Shown: positions 59,419-64,000 of the stretch, one piece after another | How the letters are laid out: the number at the start of each line of letters is the position of its first letter | How positions within the stretch are numbered: position 1 is the stretch's first letter | Virus record (IMG/VR): IMGVR_UViG_3300032323_001417 | Span: 37,665 to 101,664 of that record | Reading direction: 5' to 3' (one strand) | Origin: a virus | Length of the DNA: 64,000 bases | The notes under the pieces: generated by a model | Told to the model about the DNA's origin: nothing | Databases searched by the model: none | The model's input: only the letters and a program-made list of their open reading frames with translations | Position numbers and translations under genes: made by a program

Positions 59419-59447
59419 TTGACAACGTAAAGGATATAGTGTAAAAT
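59419..59447 (+). promoter_or_regulatory. Promoter TTGACA-N17-TAAAAT, leaderless
   Basis: ATG 59454 lies 6 nt after the -10. Confidence 0.7.
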
Positions 59448-59453
59448 CTAGAT

Positions 59454-59621
59454 ATGGATAAATTAAAAGTTATTATTGAAGAACCCAGTGGCTCAAGACG
59501 ATCATTCTTTTATAGTGTAAAGAGTGAAGAAGAAGCAAAAGAAATTGCAGAAGGTATTGAAAAAGAGCTTAAGCCTAACTTTAGTATGGCATCTTGGAAA
59601 TATACAAAGGAAAAGAAATGA
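59454..59621 (+). CDS. Hypothetical protein (55 aa, not in ORF track)
   Basis: MDKLKVIIEEPSGSRRSFFY...; ATGA-coupled to thioredoxin. Confidence 0.6.
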   Translation: MDKLKVIIEEPSGSRRSFFYSVKSEEEAKEIAEGIEKELKPNFSMASWKYTKEKK

Positions 59622-59884
59622 AAACAGAAGTAATTGATTTTTGGGCTACATGGTGTGGTCCATGCAAACTAATGAATCCAATTCTTGACGAGGTAGAAAA
59701 GGAAAATCCTGATCTAACTATTACAAGAATTGATATTGATTCTGATAAAAACATGGTTGAACAATATAAGATTCAATCAGTCCCTACTTATGTTATCTTA
59801 AAAGATGGCAAAGAGGTAGATCGTATTATTGGTGCAAAGCCTAAGTTTGCTTTCTTAAAGAGAGTGTTCCCAGAAAATGGCTGA
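59618..59884 (+). CDS. trxA: Thioredoxin
   Basis: DFWATWCGPCK, IQSVPT, DGKEV.RIIGA. Confidence 0.93.
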   Translation: MKTEVIDFWATWCGPCKLMNPILDEVEKENPDLTITRIDIDSDKNMVEQYKIQSVPTYVILKDGKEVDRIIGAKPKFAFLKRVFPENG

Positions 59885-60008
59885 AATTATTTTATTAGCA
59901 ATATTTGTAACAAATTTGTTTATTATTAATGAGATTAAAGAATATACATTAGATCAAAAGTCTAAAGAAAAAGAAAAAGAAACTATCCTAAGAAAGGGAT
60001 TTATGTAA
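59877..60008 (+). CDS. Small membrane protein (43 aa, not in ORF track)
   Basis: MAEIILLAIFVTNLFII; coupled to both neighbours. Confidence 0.45.
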   Translation: MAEIILLAIFVTNLFIINEIKEYTLDQKSKEKEKETILRKGFM

Positions 60009-60196
60009 TGTCAAACACACTAGAACTCGTAGTACAAGAACTACAAAACCGTATTGGTCAAATTACTACTCAGTATGAAACACAAATGGCTGTATTAAAG
60101 GTACAAGCAAATGAAGCACTTCAGGCAAAAGATGCAGAGATTAATCAATTAAAAGAAAGTAAACTACATACTGAGCCAGCAAAGAAAGAAAAGTAG
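60008..60196 (+). CDS. Small coiled-coil protein
   Basis: LELVVQELQNRIGQIT.QYE. Confidence 0.6.
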   Translation: MSNTLELVVQELQNRIGQITTQYETQMAVLKVQANEALQAKDAEINQLKESKLHTEPAKKEK

Positions 60197-60324
60197 TGGG
60201 AAAGCATCACGACAAAGTTGCAAAAGCTTTAGAAATTCGTATCAAGAATGTTCCTAATAGAGGTGGGTACAACACCCCTGGTTCTATGAATAAGAAAAAA
60301 ACTGGTTACGCTAAGAATCGTTAA
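60196..60324 (+). CDS. Small basic protein (42 aa, not in ORF track)
   Basis: TAGTG coupling; GKHHDKVAKALE.R...PGSMNKKK. Confidence 0.5.
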   Translation: MGKHHDKVAKALEIRIKNVPNRGGYNTPGSMNKKKTGYAKNR

Positions 60325-60334
60325 TCCAGTACAG

Positions 60335-60407
60335 TCCCCAATAGCTCAATCGGCAGAGCGTCAAACTGTTAATTTGAATGTTCCTAGTTCAAGTCTAGGT
60401 TGGGGAG
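60335..60407 (+). tRNA. tRNA-Asn (GTT)
   Basis: Cloverleaf: TCCCCAA/TTGGGGA acceptor, TCAAA-CTGTTAA-TTTGA anticodon arm, TTCAAGT T-loop; CCA not encoded. Confidence 0.9.
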
Positions 60408-60411
60408 CAAG

Positions 60412-60484
60412 CCCCGATTAGCTCAGTGGATAGAGCGATAGGTTTCTACCCTACAGGTCAGGAGTTCGAATCTCTTATCGGGGA
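60412..60484 (+). tRNA. tRNA-Arg (TCT)
   Basis: CCCCGAT/ATCGGGG acceptor, TAGG-TTTCTAC-CCTA anticodon arm, TTCGAAT T-loop. Confidence 0.88.
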
Positions 60485-60513
60485 CTCAAAAATAGATATA
60501 TAATAGAATAACT

Positions 60514-60915
60514 ATGTATGAATACCGTGTTAAAAAAGTATTAAAGATAGTTGATGGTGACACCATTGATGTTGACATTGATCTTGGTTTTAGTGTTTCT
60601 TTTACTCAAAGAGTAAGACTTGCAGGTATTGATACTCCTGAATCTAGAACAACTGATCTAAAGGAAAAAGCACTTGGTCTAGAGGTAAAAGAATACCTAA
60701 AGCATTTACTTGAGAATGCAGAAGACATTGTTATTCAAACAGAGAAGCCAGATAGCTCTGAAAAATATGGTCGCATTTTAGGCTGGCTATTTATTAATGA
60801 TGAAGATACTTCTCTTAATGAAAAGATGATCAACGAAGGCTATGCCTGGGAATATGACGGGGGAACAAAGAAAAAAGACTTTGACTCCCTACTTGCTAAA
60901 AGAGCCAATTCCTGA
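60514..60915 (+). CDS. Thermonuclease (SNase-like)
   Basis: VDGDTI, RVRLAGIDTPE, KYGRILG, EGYAW. Confidence 0.9.
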   Translation: MYEYRVKKVLKIVDGDTIDVDIDLGFSVSFTQRVRLAGIDTPESRTTDLKEKALGLEVKEYLKHLLENAEDIVIQTEKPDSSEKYGRILGWLFINDEDTSLNEKMINEGYAWEYDGGTKKKDFDSLLAKRANS

Positions 60916-60961
60916 TACAATATAAGTCGGAGGCAGACGCTCTTACTTAGAAAGATAGATA

Positions 60962-61105
60962 ATGAAATTCTCACACTCAATAGCTGAAATGCTAATCCTG
61001 GCATTCGTAGCCCTTAATTGCTATGTAAATGTAATAAGATATTCCTGGGATAAAAAGAAAAAGAAAGCATACATAGCATCTATTGGCAGCGATTACGAAA
61101 AATAA
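60962..61105 (+). CDS. Small membrane peptide (47 aa, not in ORF track)
   Basis: Hydrophobic N-terminal half followed by a poly-Lys stretch. Confidence 0.35.
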   Translation: MKFSHSIAEMLILAFVALNCYVNVIRYSWDKKKKKAYIASIGSDYEK

Positions 61106-61661
61106 AAAATCGCAAAAAATCGGCGGAAATTAGTATAAACATGCTCAACATGAGCAACTATATGATATATAAAGATATCCCCTATATTCAATATATGAGG
61201 CAAAGCCTCTATGAATAAATTCGGGGGATGAATAAATCTTCTGATTATTACCTATATAAACTATATAACAATAACTATATATACAAACATATATAAGAGT
61301 CTTTAATGATGCTTCGCATGTGATTATATAAACCAGAAGAAAGTCTCTTAGAAGGCTTCTATGGGCTTTTAAACACTATTCTATTGGATATTATTGGATA
61401 TTTTATATATATGATTGTGGATAAGATGTGTATATATTGTGGATGAAAGTGGAGTGGAGTAGAGAGCGATGGGGGATCTTAATCGTAATACATTTTTATA
61501 AGATATGCCTGGTTTTATTTTCCCATATTCTATACACTTTTTAAAAGATTTTAATATATTCCAGCCTATTTTTGACTCATTCGTAATACTTTTTTATATA
61601 TTATTATGTATTCTTATATAGGGGATATTCCAGAGTATTTTTAATCCCTTCGTAATCCTTT
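61106..61661. other. AT-rich non-coding strand-convergence region; candidate origin or genome-end region
   Basis: No ORF in the track; DnaA-box-like trio and TTCGTAAT repeats. Confidence 0.5.
61416..61446 (-). promoter_or_regulatory. Three DnaA-box-like 9-mers at 11-bp spacing
   Basis: TGTGGATAA (perfect TTATCCACA on the minus strand) at 61416, TGTGTATAT at 61427, TGTGGATGA at 61438. Confidence 0.5.
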
Positions 61662-62189
61662 TTAAGAATGTAAAATATCAATTGGGTATATGCATTGAGG
61701 AGAATTTTTTATGGCAGATTCTAATGCCTTCGTAATCTTCTTATTTGGATCTTTCCAGGTATAAGAAGTATCTAATGATCCTATTGCAAATTGACTACCA
61801 GATCCAATTGCTATATATTTATCATATTCATTTACTTGCCAGTCATTAGTAGATATTTGAAATAGTCTTCCATGAATTCCCACCAAAAAATCTGCAGCTG
61901 CCTTATCATCATCTGATATATCAATACCATATGGTTCAATAGCTTTCTTCAAAGTAAATATAAAATCTGTTCTCATATATTTATCTACATCTTTTTTTAA
62001 TACATTTGGAAAATCAATGTAATGAGCTACCTGTCCTGATCCCCTTGAAGATGCATATCCAATTAAGAATTGTCCATTCTTTTTTATTTTCGGGGTAATA
62101 GGAGAAGATATAGAATATTCATCAGACATACCTCTATCTGATCCCATATATATAATACCATTATCTATGAGTCCAATTACTATAGTCAT
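61662..62189 (-). CDS. HslV/proteasome-beta-like Ntn hydrolase
   Basis: M-T-IVIG...MGSD...PKI...AIGSGSQFAIG; ATG at 62189 is 7 nt after TATAAT and puts Thr at position 2. Confidence 0.8.
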   Translation of the reverse strand: MTIVIGLIDNGIIYMGSDRGMSDEYSISSPITPKIKKNGQFLIGYASSRGSGQVAHYIDFPNVLKKDVDKYMRTDFIFTLKKAIEPYGIDISDDDKAAADFLVGIHGRLFQISTNDWQVNEYDKYIAIGSGSQFAIGSLDTSYTWKDPNKKITKALESAIKNSPQCIYPIDILHS

Positions 62190-62307
62190 AATATCTATTA
62201 TACCTTCTTTCCTTGATTTTTTCAAATATATAAATGTGTCAAAATAATCCAGGGGAAATTTGACTTCTTCGTAATAGTATGCTAGATACTGTCGGATCCG
62301 CGCCCCC

Positions 62308-62384
62308 TGGTGGGGAGTGTGGGACTTGAACCCACGACTGGCAGATTATGAGTCTGCTGCTCTGACCAACTGAGCTAACCCCCC
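62308..62384 (-). tRNA. tRNA-CAT, probably Ile2 (otherwise elongator Met)
   Basis: GGGGGGT/ACTCCCC acceptor, GCAGA-CTCATAA-TCTGC anticodon arm, encoded CCA; lacks initiator features. Confidence 0.88.
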
Positions 62385-62391
62385 AATTTGA

Positions 62392-62640
62392 TTATGAGGT
62401 TAAATCATCAATTGATTCGTATTCACCATTTGGGTCTGCACCAAATAATTCACAAAGTTCTAACCAAGTTTCTTCTAGTAGTTGTTCACCACTATCTGTT
62501 AGAATAACCATTTCTTGTATGACAGCAATAGCCATTGGAATACCTAAATCATTGTAATCAAAAAAATCTTCATACAAATCATCATTGAAATTATCTTGTG
62601 TGAATTGCACTAAGATTTCTGCTTTAGTTCTATTGTCCAT
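62392..62640 (-). CDS. Acidic hypothetical protein
   Basis: AGGAG RBS before MDNRTKAEIL; FFDYNDLGIPMA. Confidence 0.6.
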   Translation of the reverse strand: MDNRTKAEILVQFTQDNFNDDLYEDFFDYNDLGIPMAIAVIQEMVILTDSGEQLLEETWLELCELFGADPNGEYESIDDLTS

Positions 62641-62872
62641 TGTATTCTCCTGTTTGGTAGTCGAAGATGAGTTCTTTACTAAGACCAATTTGTTCATTTT
62701 CTATTACCTCGTTGATTCCGTCTGCTAGATTTTTTGCATTTGCAATAATCATTTTGTTGTAGTCTGTTATTCGTCTTGGTATCCATAGTCGCCAGTCTGC
62801 CTGACTAATTCTACCGTCTGCTAATAATGCAACGATTTTATCCGCTACACTATCTATTTGTGATTTTCCCAT
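62630..62872 (-). CDS. Hypothetical protein
   Basis: MGKSQIDSVADKI begins 8 nt after TGATAGAAT. Confidence 0.55.
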   Translation of the reverse strand: MGKSQIDSVADKIVALLADGRISQADWRLWIPRRITDYNKMIIANAKNLADGINEVIENEQIGLSKELIFDYQTGEYNGQ

Positions 62873-62901
62873 AGTGTCCCATTCTATCATTGAGGTCTGA
62901 C

Positions 62902-62930
62902 AAAAAGGGGCAGAGACTATCCCTGCCCCC
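62902..62930 (-). terminator. Intrinsic terminator (minus strand)
   Basis: GGGGCAGGGA-tag-TCTCTGCCCC-TTTTT. Confidence 0.75.
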
Positions 62931-62939
62931 TAGCCAGCC

Positions 62940-63101
62940 TTAACGGGACTTTACTACCTTGTTACGGCGTAGTGAGGTTAGGTTTGTGTTATGCACAAAA
63001 TGTCCTAGACCGTCACGAATTACTACACGTTCTGTGTCTCCCCACTTTTCAAGTGATGTGAAACGTTGCTTCTTTAGAGTACGCATTTGCTCTCTTGTCA
63101 T
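62940..63101 (-). CDS. Small basic protein (53 aa, not in ORF track)
   Basis: Has its own promoter, AAGGAG RBS and terminator; MTREQMRTLKKQRF...IRDGLGHFV. Confidence 0.65.
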   Translation of the reverse strand: MTREQMRTLKKQRFTSLEKWGDTERVVIRDGLGHFVHNTNLTSLRRNKVVKSR

Positions 63102-63131
63102 TGTTCTCTCCTTAAGAGTTACCTTGTTATT

Positions 63132-63161
63132 ATCTTACCATTTTTGACAGGGGTTGTCAAA
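63132..63161 (-). promoter_or_regulatory. Promoter TTGACA-N17-TAAGAT overlapped by palindrome TTTGACA-N5-TGTCAAA
   Basis: -35 at 63155-63160, -10 at 63132-63137. Confidence 0.65.
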
Positions 63162-63162
63162 T

Positions 63163-63375
63163 CTATTGTTCTTCCATTAATGATAGTACTGTGTTATCTG
63201 GTATTAATAGTTCTACATCTTCTTCCATGTCGTCTAAGGCATATATAATAAAACCATCAGATAACAGGTCAAAAGACTTAACTGTGTAAATTTCTTCTTG
63301 CCATTGAATGATATCTCCAGGCTCTAAGCAGTTGGGGATAACAAAGTCAAAAGCACTATACGAGTTCAAGTTCAT
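63163..63375 (-). CDS. Hypothetical SH3-like protein
   Basis: LEPGDIIQW; GGAGG RBS before MNLNSY. Confidence 0.5.
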   Translation of the reverse strand: MNLNSYSAFDFVIPNCLEPGDIIQWQEEIYTVKSFDLLSDGFIIYALDDMEEDVELLIPDNTVLSLMEEQ

Positions 63376-63517
63376 GCTCAATCGCCTCCACATAGGATTC
63401 TATCACACTTGATAGATTCTTTAGAACAGCCCACGTTAGTTGCGGCTCGTCTTTTTCTAAAGCCCCCTCAAGGTTGGCTATGGTATGTTTAATAAATCTA
63501 TTAATTGCTGTATCCAT
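63356..63517 (-). CDS. Hypothetical protein (53 aa, not in ORF track)
   Basis: GGAGG RBS, TAATG coupling; MDTAINRFIKHTIANLEGAL. Confidence 0.55.
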   Translation of the reverse strand: MDTAINRFIKHTIANLEGALEKDEPQLTWAVLKNLSSVIESYVEAIEHELELV

Positions 63518-63954
63518 TAGTCCTCCCAATTGCTATCGTCTGTGATGTAATCAATGCCAGCATCTACGGCTTCATAGAATGTTTCATAGACTTCTCCCAT
63601 ATCACTATTGTGTGAGAATACTTCCCACCAAGGATTCATACGATAGATTTCAAATCCACTATTACTAATAGTTTTAATAAACTGCATCAACTGAATGTCA
63701 TCACTAAAACCTGCAGCCTCTAAGTCGTCAGAGTATCTAATGATATCTGCACCCTCATCTGATAGTTCACCATTAACTAAACTAGGTAATGTTAAGTGCA
63801 TCTCACCATTACGTTCAATGTCTACCACACGATCAAGGTATGTGATTTGAGCATAAGCCTCTGCACCCTCTTGCCATACATAAAACTCTGGCATCTGCTT
63901 ACTTGTAGGGATAGTCTGTGTGTATTCTACTGTAACGCCTTCTAATGTTTTCAT
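63517..63954 (-). CDS. Hypothetical acidic protein (leaderless)
   Basis: ATG at 63954 lies 7 nt after TTGACA-N17-TAGGAT (63962-63990). Confidence 0.6.
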   Translation of the reverse strand: MKTLEGVTVEYTQTIPTSKQMPEFYVWQEGAEAYAQITYLDRVVDIERNGEMHLTLPSLVNGELSDEGADIIRYSDDLEAAGFSDDIQLMQFIKTISNSGFEIYRMNPWWEVFSHNSDMGEVYETFYEAVDAGIDYITDDSNWED

Positions 63955-64000
63955 AGTTCGTATCCTACTACACTTTCTTTGGAATGTCAAGTCTTGTTAG

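Larger units (their letters stand above)
61092..62275. repeat. Dispersed TTCGTAAT motif, six copies
   Basis: 61092 (inverted), 61482 (1 mismatch), 61580, 61649, 61729, 62268. Confidence 0.7.

Noticed and set aside
61092-62275. TTCGTAAT repeats as a mini CRISPR array
   Set aside because: The core is only 8 nt, spacing is irregular, one copy is inverted and one lies inside a CDS.
62959-63147. Plus-strand 62-aa ORF
   Set aside because: The minus-strand 53-aa ORF (62940-63101) has a promoter, RBS and terminator and matches the local gene orientation.
1-64000. Stop-codon reassignment
   Set aside because: TAA, TAG and TGA all end well-formed genes, genes pack tightly under the standard code, and no suppressor tRNA is present.

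Overview
A 64-kb segment of an AT-rich (roughly one-third GC, by eye) tailed dsDNA phage, most likely a large siphovirus of Actinobacteria. Evidence for that host: WhiB, an actinobacterial-type SSB, FtsZ, a secreted transglycosylase and many leaderless genes. Gene order resembles the large Streptomyces BE/BK-type and freshwater actinophages. Plus strand, in order: LamG minor tail protein (cut by the window start), portal, prohead protease/scaffold, major capsid, head-tail genes, tail tube, frameshifted tail chaperones, a 2537-aa tape measure, minor tail genes, a replication/recombination module (DnaB, DnaG, SSB, DnaE, MazG, RecA, two resolvases, Cas4-like nuclease), terminase, and an accessory region. 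The accessory region holds RmlB-like, IMPDH-like, WhiB, SSB, a tail-less FtsZ, a glycan-modification cluster, lysis genes, thioredoxin, thermonuclease and two tRNAs. A non-coding strand-convergence region (about 61.1-61.66 kb) carries phased DnaA-box-like motifs and TTCGTAAT repeats. It is followed by minus-strand genes: an HslV/proteasome-like Ntn hydrolase, tRNA-CAT and small ORFs. Most notable: (1) the tape measure contains a repeat-flanked cassette of non-helical cargo domains, one with R-S-ExE ADP-ribosyltransferase motifs; (2) a 438-aa multi-domain protein is punctuated by the same K-S/A linkers as the scaffold and capsid; (3) two covarying H-type RNA pseudoknots sit at operon ends; (4) the phage encodes an FtsZ lacking its C-terminal tail. 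All calls are from motif recognition by eye; no searches were run.
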